From contig ADNK01002960.1 of NCBI GenBank assembly GCA_000320545.1, forward strand, positions 62,001-126,000: DNA of 64,000 nucleotides, written 5' to 3'. Shown in pieces: positions 19,910-31,908 of this stretch (position 1 is its first letter; each line of letters starts with the position of its first letter). The stretch is from Bigelowiella natans CCMP2755 (lineage: Eukaryota > Protista > Cercozoa). The position numbers and the translations under genes are program-made. Below the pieces are notes generated by a model that saw only the letters and a list, made by a program, of their open reading frames with translations, did not search any database and was not told the DNA's origin.

Positions 19910-21949
19910 GTTTGCATGAAAATGAATCCGAGCGCGCGCGCGTGAAAAAAAAGGTGCATGTTCGGGGGAATCGTTGCGGCGTGATCAGAGCTTTCGTTTG
20001 CGCAAAGTTTTGTGTCCAACCGACACCTAGTCATCGAGAAATCTCAATTTGAACCCAGATTTGCACGTTTGCCTTGGTTGTGACACAGAAACGTCTGTGT
20101 CGCTGTCATTCCCGTGTCCGTGTGAATCCATCCTGTCTTCACATGGAATCATGGGACTGATTGATGTTGCAAGGTCAACAACATCGTCCCGGAGGTGATG
20201 CAGATGCATCAGCGTCCTCCCCTAGCCTTTCCGACAACATCTCTTGCTTTCCCATCACCAGTTCATTGGTCAGAGTCCAAGTGAGAGTCCAATCGAAAGC
20301 TTGAAAAATCATTGTGTCACAGATTCGGGCCTGTGTCATCCATCTAATTGAAAGTAATGCGTGCAAGCATTCAGGGAACTGTTTCCCTTGTGCACTTTGC
20401 ATGCAATTCCTGAAATTCTTCACATCATTCCTCTCGACAGATTGGACTTAATCGAACAGTGATGAAATGATGCCAGCAAGAACGGGGAGAAAGAGAAAGC
20501 TCCGCGTTGCATCTGAAAATGCCCATGATGGCTACGATGTGGAAGGGGGAATTAAGCCTTTCCAAGAGAAGGACATGGATGAAGAAGGACAATTCAGGCA
20601 AATGCATCCACCAATTCATTGCATGACTCACCCATCATGCTCCAAGATCAAGCTGAACTAAATCATCCAAAGGTCGAAACGAGCATACATGCTCACATTC
20701 GATGGCGTAATTTACGGCACATGGTTCATGGAGATTTTCTGTTCCTGCATGATTGGACTCTACTGCATGAATCTATCCGTAGACTTGGAAAAGGCCACCT
20801 GTGATCACAGGTATTGATTTGTTGCTGCAGTTGAGGACAGTTCTTGATTCATTTGCACAATGGAATTTTTGTTCACATGTGTGTGTTGTGATTCCATAGA
20901 TGGGTAGACGTTTTCAAATGGTGTGGGATTCTGTCATACGTCAGTGCATTCTGCGTGGTACACTTTAATATTTAAGATGTTTTCTGTCATCTACTTTCAT
21001 GTTCTTCAGTATTTCATTCCAGAACAACCTCATCTATCCACACAAGCTGACAGCATCCATTTCTAGGTGCTCCTGGTCGCGGCACTGTGCATGACTCCAG
21101 AATGGGACACTGATGACCATGTTGTTGCAATGGTAACAAAAAAACATTTGCCGAAATGACTAGATTATCCCTTTTCACAATTTGAATTATGCTGGTACTG
21201 AATCGTCTTGGACATGATTTTTGGCCATCTATCTTCTCAGGGAAGCTGTTGTACATCCGTTGGTGCATTACTTGCATTTGTGTTTGCCACGCTATTTGTT
21301 GCGCTGACCGATCCAAAGTGCACTGGAGAAGATGTTGTTGCACGGGTTGTTAATGTTCTTCCAACACAAACACATCAAAATGTGATTCCATTCGAGGAGC
21401 CGGCGCGAGTTGAGATTTCGTTTATTTGTGACAAATGATATGACTCCAACTGGACAGGCATGGCTTGCTGTGGCCTTGCTGTGGACTTACTCAACATTTA
21501 GCTGTTGTTTAAGCGTCTGCTGCAGTATGTGTAAACGAAAATTACTAATTCAATGCTTCAATTGTACAAAATCTAAAATGTCTCTAATTTATCAGTGGGA
21601 AACGCAGCGTCTTTCCTTCAAAGAAGGGAGTACGACAAGATTTAGAACAATGAACAACATCGGGATCAGAACATGGAGTCCTTTTCCCAAAAAAACAGAG
21701 AAAATACCTGATACTTGTTGGATAAAATAAGCTAAATGTAAAAAAAGTGAAATCGTCTTGGGTTCATTAATAAGGGGCTTATTCATATTAGTCACATTAC
21801 GTACACTGATGTTCGCACATGAGTGTTGTGAATTTGTCACATTTGAAATCCAAAATGCCTTAACATCTAGGCGTTGATGCATCATTTTGTGTTGGCCATG
21901 AACTTTATTAGAACATGTGTGTAACCCAGCGTAATCTCACAACGTTGAC

Positions 21950-22480
21950 AAGCCATGATAGCAATGACAAGAAATTCGCTAGCTCTTGTGTGTGCTACAT
22001 CGCCATGCACATGGGATGAAGCATGTACCAGCAATTGCAACATTCATGTTTGCGATGAAGCGCCTTGCACAATCATCGTGCGATGCGATGGACAGGCCAA
22101 TGTTTGATGCAAACATGCATCCGGCGTTTTGCGAGGCCTAGCCTCTCAGCAATTTGCGAGGCGCTGCGCTGTGCCAAAGTCCATTCTCACCACGGCAAAA
22201 ACATTCTGACGTACGTGTCTCACGTCGCCGATGGCGCACACAATCACGCAGGGGTCCGCCGTGCAATGCTTCCGCTTTTGCTCGACGATCGACAGGACAC
22301 ATGGTGTGCATGCTTCATTTGTTTACATCACATGTGTTGTGCATTGCATGTCTATCATGAGTGCATGACAAATGAAGCGCAAATGCGCAGGCTAGCGCAG
22401 CGGCGGAGCTGTGTAGAAATCACAATGGCAGAGCGCTGGAGAGGCAAATAGATGCAACAGCATGAACATAGCCATTAGGC
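21950..22480. other. Partially TpA-depleted patch
   Basis: TGCA/CATG-rich with sparse TA, several of them in CTAG (gctagc, cctagc, gctagcg). Confidence 0.5.
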
Positions 22481-22856
22481 CATTAGCCATGACAGGCTAT
22501 TTGCGTGCATCGCGTACGAACGCGCATGCTGTAATTATAGGCCGTACGGTAGTTGCCACGCAGCTATTCTTCACAGTTGTGTATGCATTAAGATCATGAA
22601 GCAATTCAGCAGAGGCGATTGATTAAAGGATGAATGCATGGACGAATGAACGAAGTACGAGAGCATACATATTTGCAATAATTTGTGCATAAAAGCAAGA
22701 CATACTTCTACTCTACGCTCTGCTGCCCGCACAGGCCACTGCTAGCACTGACTACTGACCAATCTAGCTATCAATCACACAGCCTCGACTGCCCATTACA
22801 AGCTACATGTCGCTCTACACTTCCGTTTGAACCCTATGCACCATCTGAAGCTTTGT

Positions 22857-25448
22857 TTACGTAAGATCGTACCATTCGACAGTGTCCATTTGATTTTGTG
22901 ATTTCCACATCGCACCTCCAACCGCATAAATCTTTTGGTCATGATAGACAACTGCCGATCCTTCTCTCATTAATTCCCCTGGTAATTCTTTCCATTGACC
23001 TCGCTCACCCAAATCCATGAAGTACTGTATCGGTTTAAGGAATTTGTGTCCTTCAAAACGTTTTCCCGCAATTAGAAACAAGAAATTTGGCATTCCAACT
23101 AACCTACACCAGTAGAGATTTTTTGGCATCGCACGAGCAGCTAAACGTGTCCATTTATTCTTCTCATCCCGTAAATCGACCAAAATTACCGAACCCAACA
23201 AATCATCACGGCCATACCACTTCTATTTTAGTCATACAAAACACAATCGAGTAAATTGAATTTGGATGTGAGTGCGTGTATGCTTGTGTATCACTTCGTG
23301 AGCTCATTCCATGATCGTTTTAAATGCACTTTGCTCGCTACGCATACAATGCTAATGAGTGAGTGTGTGTGTGTGTGTGTGTGTGTGAGTGTGCTTGATT
23401 TGGGGGGGACAATCTTTCACCTCCACGTGAGCAACCATAAGATGACCCAAAATAATCAAACCACGGCTGAGTCTAGCGTGAAGAGAAAGATTGGGCATTC
23501 CCCTAAATTTTGCTTCTTTGTCGCTCAAATCCAAAGAGTTTACGAATTCTGTTCCATGTTCTTGCCCCCCGACTACATACAAGTTGTCGTTCCAAACAGC
23601 AAGGCTTGGGCGTTTTGTCGGGTTTTTCATTTCCTGTGTCATCTGTTTCCACCCTGCGTATGGGTCATCCAAATCAAGATATTCCAGTGACTTTGAATGC
23701 TGATATCGATCTCCTCCCACTAGCAACAGCCTGCTCTTCCAAACAACAGCTCCGAAGTAACGCCTACCACTTGAAATCTTCTGAGATAACATAGTCCATT
23801 CAGCTCTCCTGTCCTTCAGATCTAAATACTGGATTGTGTTGAGCTCGCTAGTAATTTCAATTACATACAGCCTGTCGTTCCAAACAACTACTTCTGTGTC
23901 CTTTTTTGCTGATAAACATCTTTGAGGTAACGAATGCCAGTTGTAGCTTTTTTGTATCATAGCTTTCGTTCCAAATTTTCTCACCTGCTTGTAGCCATCG
24001 GGAGTGCTGTAAATCAAAGCCTCGTATGCTGACGGTCTCTTGTCAGGTTCAAACGTGAGGCACTTATGCACGACAGCTTCGATGTCAGTTCCCCGCCACT
24101 TGTTAGGAACAACCAATTTCGCCTTCCCTTCACAAATGTCGGGAACCTCCGAGCGATCGCAGTTGTATGGCCGTCTTTTGCCCTTGTTGAGAATCTCCCA
24201 AAGGGTCACACCTGCTGCCCACACATCTGATTTTGTGGTAAATTTACGATTAGGGGACTTGAGAGTTTCGGGAGCCATCCACGGCCAAGGTAACATTTCT
24301 TCGGGATGGCTAAGATATATCCCTGATGAAGCTCGCACGGCTAAGCCGTAGCCGGATATGCGAATGCTTCCATTATTGGTAACCAATATGTTGCGACATG
24401 CTATATCGCGGTGGATATATTGATTTTGGTGAAGATGGATCAATCCCAGCAACAGGCCCTGCGCTATCTTCCAAAACGCATAATCCATGGTCAGATCGAG
24501 TTTATCGTGAAGTTTATCAAGACTTCCCTGCTCGCAAAACTCTGTGATAAAGCACGCCCGTCCATCGCTGGTCTCCACAATCCCAATGAATTTCAAAATG
24601 TTAACCTGGCCTTGCGAGTTGAACAGCCCCATCATCTCTTGCTTGAACTGTTCTACATCCGCATTCACCGTTGCTTTCTTTAGCACCACGGTGTCGCCAT
24701 TCGTCAGCTTGCATTCGTATGTCACGGCAAAGTTTCCTCTCCCGAGTTCTTTGATGATTTTACAATCAAATTCCTTGTAGATGATGCTTTTCCTCTTCAT
24801 TGCGTCTCTATTCCCCTCAGAATGCTTGTTGGTAGGTTGTAGGTCCACTTTGTTTACGTAGAATTTGTTCATTCTTCTCTTGCCGTGAGCTTTGGTATTG
24901 AGCCCCATATCTGTTTGTGAGTTACTATTAATGTTCTTTTCTGCACCGATGGGATTTGTATTGCGTGAATTTTTTAAGTATTCATTCTCTGACTTTAGAG
25001 AATTGCGTTCGATTTTGAGCGTTTTCATGTTCGACTCCATCTCCTTGTATTTTGCGGTCACTTTTTGCAGTTGCAACTCTAATGATTTCTGTTCCACTTT
25101 GAGTGCTTTGAGTTTAGAGTAGTTGTGGACATCCTTTTTGACATTTCCTTGTTTACTCTGCCCTGTCGACCCAGTTCTCATTTGGGTTAGCCAGGTAGAG
25201 GCGTACGACCTACAATGACCATCTCTATCAGAAAAAGTATGTTTGGATATGTGTGTTGGGGTTGGTTTTCGGGTGTGATATTTGTGTATTGGGTTTGGAT
25301 ATATGCGAGTCGAAGTAAGGGAGTTACAGAGGGGAGGAGAGAAGTTGAGAGAAATACTGCTCTGTCCAAAAGTAATCTTGGTTACGAGAAACACACACAA
25401 TATCATTATCACCACCTTCATAATCAATACCCCTATTCTTCTACTCAC
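22857..25448 (-). CDS. Tyrosine-kinase-like (pseudo)kinase-Kelch protein, copy A; intron 23223-23420; 5' end unresolved (likely acceptor at 25209)
   Basis: Kinase motifs GRGNFA, VVLKK, FKQE, IHRDIACRNIL, ISGYGLA (DFG position), LPWPWMAPE, KSDVWAAGVTLWEI. Kelch blades follow (FGAVVWKSRLLLVGG...LEYLD...W; LYVVGG; IYAVGG...VEWYD). A GT-AG intron joins the 698-aa and 114-aa ORFs in frame. Confidence 0.85.
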
Positions 25449-26265
25449 CCGCTTTCACATACTTCACACACTAATATAGACATGTACCTATGATGATCCA
25501 CAACGTACAATTAAACCGCTGAACCCATGCTCTTATCTGTACAAGAAGTTATCTTATTTGATGATGATGAAAGTAATGATGGCGATGACCATGATAATGA
25601 CGATAGTTGTGATAATGGTGATGGTAATGACAACAAAGACTACAATACCGATGATAATAATAACGAAAATGAGAGAATTTATGATGGATTGCGGTGATGG
25701 TGATAACGATGATGAGAATAATATCGAGGATCAAATGGTGACGGTGTTGATGAGGATGATGTTATACTATAACGATTGCGATGACAGCGACATTGATATC
25801 GGTGAAGATAATGATGATAACGACGATAAACATAGTTAATGTGATAGTGAGGATGATGATGATGACGACGACGACGACGACGACGATGATGATAGTGATA
25901 TAAAGATGATCTTTAAAGCAATTAGCACGTTGGAATCGCGTGAAACAGTGCATCGAAACTTAGCTGATGGAACGCACCTTTTGAATTTTCCACTTTGCGG
26001 CAAATGTGATGGACGCCCTTCCCCAGCAGAAAGGAGAATGCCCGATCGAGTTGGGCTGGGGGTCGGATATCGAGGTGGAGCGAAATGCGGACACAACTAA
26101 AAGGCAAAGGCTCACGAATCAAACAGATCATCAATTCGGACAAAAATATGTAGCATATTTTTCGGATACTATTGGATGTTTAGGAGACAATAATCTTCGA
26201 ACACCTTCAGATTTCTATGAGACAAGTAAATGTTCATGGGCATGTTGTTGTTATTATTGTTGTTG

Positions 26266-26300
<35 letters not shown>

Positions 26301-28781
26301 TCTGTCCGAACTTTGTCCAGTATATGAGGCACTTCATTAATATATTAATATACTTAAACAACAATTTTCCTTTTAAATTGCACACCTTACATTCCTATCA
26401 TTAAATTTACCAGAATAAAGACCCCAAACCTAAAAAAAAAAAAAAAAAGGCTCAAACCTAAAAATCAAAAGAAAAAAGTTATTAGTCCTATGAGTCACAA
26501 ATTTTGCTATGTTTTGCCATGCAAGTTTTGACTTTCGCAATGTCCGTTATGAGACAACATCCATTATGAAAATCACTTCGGTGTAACAACATAGCTGGGA
26601 AGTCAAGGGCGCGAAAAGATTAACTAACTAACTAACTAACATAATATTCTAGATCTATGAGAAAATTTCGTAGCTTCTAGAACGAATTACTGTTACACTT
26701 ACGACGAAAGTAACGACGCCTCAACTGATCGTAACTAGCGTAACTACAGGGAGAAACACCATGGAGAAGAAGAAGGAGGAGGTGGAGGAGGAGGAGGAGG
26801 AGGGGGAGGGTGGCAAAGAGTCTCATGTTAACTGTGTCCCAGATCGTATTGGGGAGGGTGACAAGGAGTCTTATAGCAACTGTGTACCAGATCGTATTGG
26901 GGAGGGTGACAAAGAGTCTTATAGCAACTGTGTTGTAGATCGTATTGGGGAGGGTGACAAAGAGTCTTATAGCAACTGTGTTGTAGATCGTATTGGGGAG
27001 GGTGACAAAGAGTCTTATAGCAACTGTGAACCATACCGTATGGATGGCAACTCTGTTCCAGACTATATTCATCCTTCTCAATCCACCAAAGAACAGTACG
27101 CAATTATAACTATATAGTAGGTGCCACTGCTGGTGTAGGTGGTTGTGGTATAGGTGGTGGTGAGGCTGATGTAGGTTGAGCTTATGGTATTATGAGCGTC
27201 TCGTTAGCTTGAATCTAGGGATCTAATTCCAACTCTTAATCAAATCTTAATCCCTCTAGCTAACCTTAAACCCTTAACCTCTAACCTGAATCCTCAATCT
27301 TTTGATTTCACAGGTCGAGCGGCTCTACCGCGGGACATCACATGGAAGGTAGATCATTAGTGTAAAGTAAATGAACTATTATAGTAGATGTAACGATTCT
27401 GGTAATTATGACAATGATGGCAATAATGATAATGTTAATGATGCTAATGGACAATAAGAGAGTGGGAAAGGATGATGATGAGGTTCCAATTTACCACAAC
27501 CATCCATTTTTTCTTAAGAGTTTGGACTCTAAGGATATATATTGTTGCTGTGTGTATGTGTCTATCCATGTCTAAAAGACGACGCAAAAATCAAAGCACT
27601 CCAAGCAGGAATCAGATCACTGAAATCGCAAATACAAAAAGTGACCGCAAAATACAAGGAGATGGAGTCGAACATGAAAACGCTCAAAATCGAACGCAAT
27701 TCTCTAAAGTCAGAGAATGAATACTTAAAAAATTCACGCAATACAAATCCCATCGGTGCAGAAAAGAACATTAATAGTAACTCACAAACAGATATGGGGC
27801 TCAATACCAAAGCTCACGGCAAGAGAAGAATGAACAAATTCTACGTAAACAAAGTAGACCTACAACCTACCAACAAGCATTCTGAGGGGAATAGAGACGC
27901 AATGAAGAGGAAAAGCATCATCTACAAGGAATTTGATTGTAAAATCATCAAAGAACTCGGGAGAGGAAACTTTGCCGTGACATACGAATGCAAGCTGACG
28001 AATGGCGACACCGTGGTGCTAAAGAAAGCAACGGTGAATGCGGATGTAGAACAGTTCAAGCAAGAGATGATGGGGCTGTTCAACTCGCAAGGCCAGGTTA
28101 ACATTTTGAAATTCATTGGGATTGTGGAGACCAGCGATGGACGGGCGTGCTTTATCACAGAGTTTTGCGAGCAGGGAAGTCTTGATAAACTTCACGATAA
28201 ACTCGATCTGACCATGGATTATGCGTTTTGGAAGATAGCGCAGGGCCTGTTGCTGGGATTGATCCATCTTCACCAAAATCAATATATCCACCGCGATATA
28301 GCATGTCGCAACATATTGGTTACCAATAATGGAAGCATTCGCATATCCGGCTACGGCTTAGCCGTGCGAGCTTCATCAGGGATATATCTTAGCCATCCCG
28401 AAGAAATGTTACCTTGGCCGTGGATGGCTCCCGAAACTCTCAAGTCCCCTAATCGTAAATTTACCACAAAATCAGATGTGTGGGCAGCAGGTGTGACCCT
28501 TTGGGAGATTCTCAACAAGGGCAAAAGACGGCCATACAACTGCGATCGCTCGGAGGTTCCCGACATTTGTGAAGGGAAGGCGAAATTGGTTGTTCCTAAC
28601 AAGTGGCGGGGAACTGACATCGAAGCTGTCGTGCATAAGTGCCTCACGTTTGAACCTGACAAGAGACCGTCAGCATACGAGGCTTTGATTTACAGCACTC
28701 CCGATGGCTACAAGCAGGTGAGAAAATTTGGAACGAAAGCTATGATACAAAAAAGCTACAACTGGCATTCATTACCTCAAA
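23921..28781. repeat. 1147-bp inverted duplication (23921-25067 vs 27635-28781) covering the kinase domain
   Basis: Protein and alternate-frame translations are identical across the block. I saw only two nucleotide mismatches, both A/G. Confidence 0.92.
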
Positions 28782-29716
28782 AAATGTTATGTGGAAGAAC
28801 TGACCCAGGAGCTGTTCTTTGGAACGACAGGCTATATGCGATAGGAACCAATCTTTATAGAGGTGATCAGACAGCCATGGAATCAATAGAATGTTTCGAC
28901 TTCAAGACTCAAGAATGGAAGATGCTTTGTACGAAAAAATCTAGCAAAGGTTTGCATTGCCGCGAATATTTTGGAGCTGTTGCTTGGAAGAGCAGGCTGT
29001 TGCTAGTGGGAGGAGATCGAGATCAGTATTCAAAGTCACTGGAATATCTTGATTTGGATGACCCATACGCGGGGTGGAAACAGTTGACACAGAAGATGAA
29101 ATATGCCTATAACCGCCCGAGGGTCATTGTGAGTAACGACAAGTTGTACGTGACAGGGCGTTTTATGGGAAATGTGGAGTGTTTGAATCTAAGCGACGAA
29201 GGAGCTGGATTTCAGGAATTGCCCCGTCGTGCAGGTTCAGAGTGCTACGGCCTTCACGTGTATGATAACCGATTGTATGCTGTTAGTGAGAAAAACGTTC
29301 AATGTTTGCATCTGAAAGAGAATAAAGGTTGGTACACGTTGCCTCTGAAGATGTCAATGAGGCGATCCCCTGGTGTGGCTACATGGCGTCACATATTGTT
29401 TGTAGTCGGAGGGTTTGAAATTGTAGATAGTGCCGACAAAAATACCGATTCAAGGTCATGGCGTTATCATAGAGACTCAATGTGGGTGGATCTGAGGAGA
29501 AAGGTACTGGAATGGAAAAGGATACCTCAGCGAATAACGGATATTAGAAATTTCCCAGGGGCCATTGTGCACTGTGGAACCTTGTATGTGTTTGGAGGCG
29601 CAGGGGAAGATTGTTTTCATAGTGAGGACACAATGGAACACCTCGATATTTCTTCTCTTCTTCAATTGACTTCACATAACAAAGGGCACGATCTTGCCAT
29701 CGATCACAGCTGGTGA
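26761..29716 (+). CDS. Tyrosine-kinase-like (pseudo)kinase-Kelch protein, copy B; exons 26761-27095, 27314-27348, 27579-29716
   Basis: Phase-compatible GT-AG introns link the repeat-containing exon 1 to the 724-aa ORF. The kinase motifs match copy A. About 6 Kelch blades (LYAIG, LLLVGG, LYVTG, LYAVS, LFVVGG, LYVFGG). Confidence 0.85.
26803..27028 (+). repeat. 48-bp coding tandem repeat (~4.7 copies; GEGDKESYSNCV[P/V]DRI)
   Basis: Units start at 26803, 26851, 26899, 26947 and 26995. Confidence 0.92.
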
Positions 29717-30199
29717 AAGCGCATGCAACAACCTCCTTAACCCTGCAAATCTGGCTGGATAAATAGAGACCCAGTATGCTATATATGAGACGGACGTAAT
29801 GAAGTGATTAAATCTTTTCAATAGTCAAGGGCCTAATGTAGCTATGCAAAGCAGCGCGGCTTCGGCGCTTATGTTATAGCTATTTATTTGTTTCTTCTAC
29901 TATATGTTTCATGCAGTTAAAAGCATCTATATTCGCTCGTTAATGCTGTACGTGCGGTATCGTACGCGCAGCAGTTGCTTGCTTTTTTTCCTTACCGCAT
30001 ATACGACAGGTTATGAAATAATGCTTTAATTTGCGCATGCAAATGCGCATATGAAACACGTTCATGCGCTAATAGTTTATTAGGCAAATGGATTTAATGA
30101 CTAAGCGCTGCAGCCATTAGCTACACTTGCTTAGAGCGAGTATTGAAAAGATTTTATGGCGCAAGCGTTAAGCAAATGTGTCACGTAGTGGTTGCAGCT

Positions 30200-31800
30200 T
30201 CGTTGTCTTGATCAGGTTTCAGCTTCGTATCAGAAGCTTCGTTCGGCTTGGAGTAGGAACGAGGAAGAACAGGAATGCATCGCGAAAGTGTGAAGATGCA
30301 CGAGAAAGCGATGAGGACTAGAGGGGGCTGAGCAGGAGCGTGGATGGACTAAATCTGGAGAATCCTCCAATTCGTTGTGATCGAGTGCAAGTTAGCCGAC
30401 GAGAGTGTGCCAGACTTCTGCATGGCGCGGAATTCAGCATGTGAGATGTGATGACTGGGAAATTGAAAGAGATGTTTTGCATGCTGTGTAGATGTCTACG
30501 ACGTGTCTACCTTTTTGTCGCACCTGTCCTCTACTGTTGCTTCTGCATCTAATATCGAAGGCTTACACGGACTCGAGAATGACAATGACATGTTGTGAGA
30601 AAAGAGGGTGGTGGAACAAGATTTGCTAGATGCGGCAGCTTGTTCACTGATCAGCTGTTGATGAGGAGCACGTGATGCACCCCCTGCAGCCTTGCATTCT
30701 GCAAGGAACGACATGCATGCTATTAGGAATGCCCAGAGCCTGCGCACATAGGGCTCTAGGAATGTCTGAGAAGGACAACGGAGGCATTTTTTTGAACTTT
30801 ATGCATTTTCCTCAGCGTGTCGTTTTTCATGGCCCATTTTTAGACCAGCTATCAATGCTGATCGAGCCAGCCATCAATGTTAGGATGGGAATCCACGCTG
30901 CATGTGAAGTACAGCGCGCTGCAATGCACGCCACAGCAGACAAATCTGCAGGCTAGTAGGCTCATGCAGGTGCGCACGCTTGGCTAGCTACGCTGGGCTA
31001 CTTGACTAGGTGGTTGCGTGCTGCCTGATGGGGCACGGCGCTGCTGGCAGCGTCTGGAGCGTGCTGGCGTGGGCGTGCATGACGACTGTCGGTCATCGCC
31101 TGCTAAGATCGCGTGTGCAAGTGTGCAATGGAGGTCGTCTCATCTGTGGCCTTTGATGGCCATCAAGCTACGTGGCACACGCACGTGCGAACACATCGTA
31201 GCCGTGATCAACGGCAGCTACGCACCCACTTGCTAATTGCTTGCACGCGCTTTGCTTTGCGCCAATCAGTCGTTGCATCGAGCAGCTAACGCGATCGCAT
31301 GCGATGTGCCACAAGCGCGAGCGACATGCTGGCATGCAGCGCACGCTCAATTGCACAGTTCGTCTGTGGTTCGTGTTAATGGCGACGTGCTGCATCCACA
31401 CGCATGTGCTGGTGTGGACTGCGACGGTGCTAGCGTGCGCACGTTTTGTGACATTCCAAACTAGTCTGCTGATCGTTCGGTCGAACTGCAAGCGCCCGTC
31501 CGCATGTGTGTCTGGATGTGCTCACCCGCTGCTGGCTTGAGAGGACAAAATGACGATCCATGGCACATGCATTTCCAAAATATTTCATGATGTTTTTTTT
31601 TTTCTTTTTGTTTTTTTTCCTGCTATCATGTGTTTCATGCCTTTGAAATTAGCAATTCACATGCACATGTGCCTGATCGTCTGCTTTCTAGACAGCAGGT
31701 CATCCCTGCATGAATCTCTAGCATCCATCCATGGTCTACCATCACTACCTAGCTACCACTTCTAGACGAGATACGATGGTCCACATCTTTCACGACATCA
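30200..31800. other. Partially TpA-depleted, CTAG-enriched patch
   Basis: Same compositional signature as the main block but incomplete. ORFs here are Cys/His/Met-rich and nearly Tyr-free. Confidence 0.6.
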
Positions 31801-31908
31801 CGTGTGTTATACATTGCATCTGCTTCTTCACAATATTCACGGGACAACATGAATAAGCTCCCAAGATCGCCTATCGTACAGATGGCACGCATCTACTCCT
31901 GTATGCGT

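Larger units (their letters stand above)
11100..20340. other. Large TpA-erased (hypermutated) block
   Basis: Between 11300 and 20340 I found 11 TA dinucleotides, all in CTAG (11340, 11503, 11655, 12674, 12893, 16788, 17990, 19480, 19764, 20027, 20222). Ordinary TA resumes at 20345. The ORFs in this block lack Tyr. Confidence 0.92.

Noticed and set aside
11100-20340. Explanation by classical RIP, CpG decay or an alternative genetic code
   Set aside because: RIP creates TpA. CpG decay removes CG, which is plentiful here. A code change cannot explain TA loss in non-coding DNA, and neighbouring genes use TAY for Tyr normally.
14230-20340. Terminal inverted repeats and TWA target-site duplication for the Harbinger element
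   Set aside because: No convincing TIR pair found by eye, and a TAA/TTA TSD would itself have been erased. Element ends are left undefined.
11093-20423. Dozens of overlapping 60-290-aa ORFs
   Set aside because: Expected by-product of TAA/TAG loss. Only the transposase, the EF-hand relic and one low-confidence remnant show protein-like features.
20430-21750. Fragmentary plus-strand coding-like stretches (e.g. CCGLAVDLL and a hydrophobic segment)
   Set aside because: Interrupted by stops and frameshifts, and no family could be supported. At most a degraded pseudogene at the edge of the mutated block.
25550-25900. Met/Ile/Asp-rich ORFs between the kinase genes
   Set aside because: (GAT/GAC/AAT)n low-complexity tract, most likely intronic or intergenic.
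26803-27028. Regular 48-bp repeats resembling a CRISPR array
   Set aside because: Head-to-tail with no unique spacers, in frame within an exon, in a eukaryotic context with no cas genes.
27215-27300. Degenerate TAACCC-like repeats suggesting an interstitial telomere
   Set aside because: Short, highly degenerate and inside an intron, with no perfect telomeric run.
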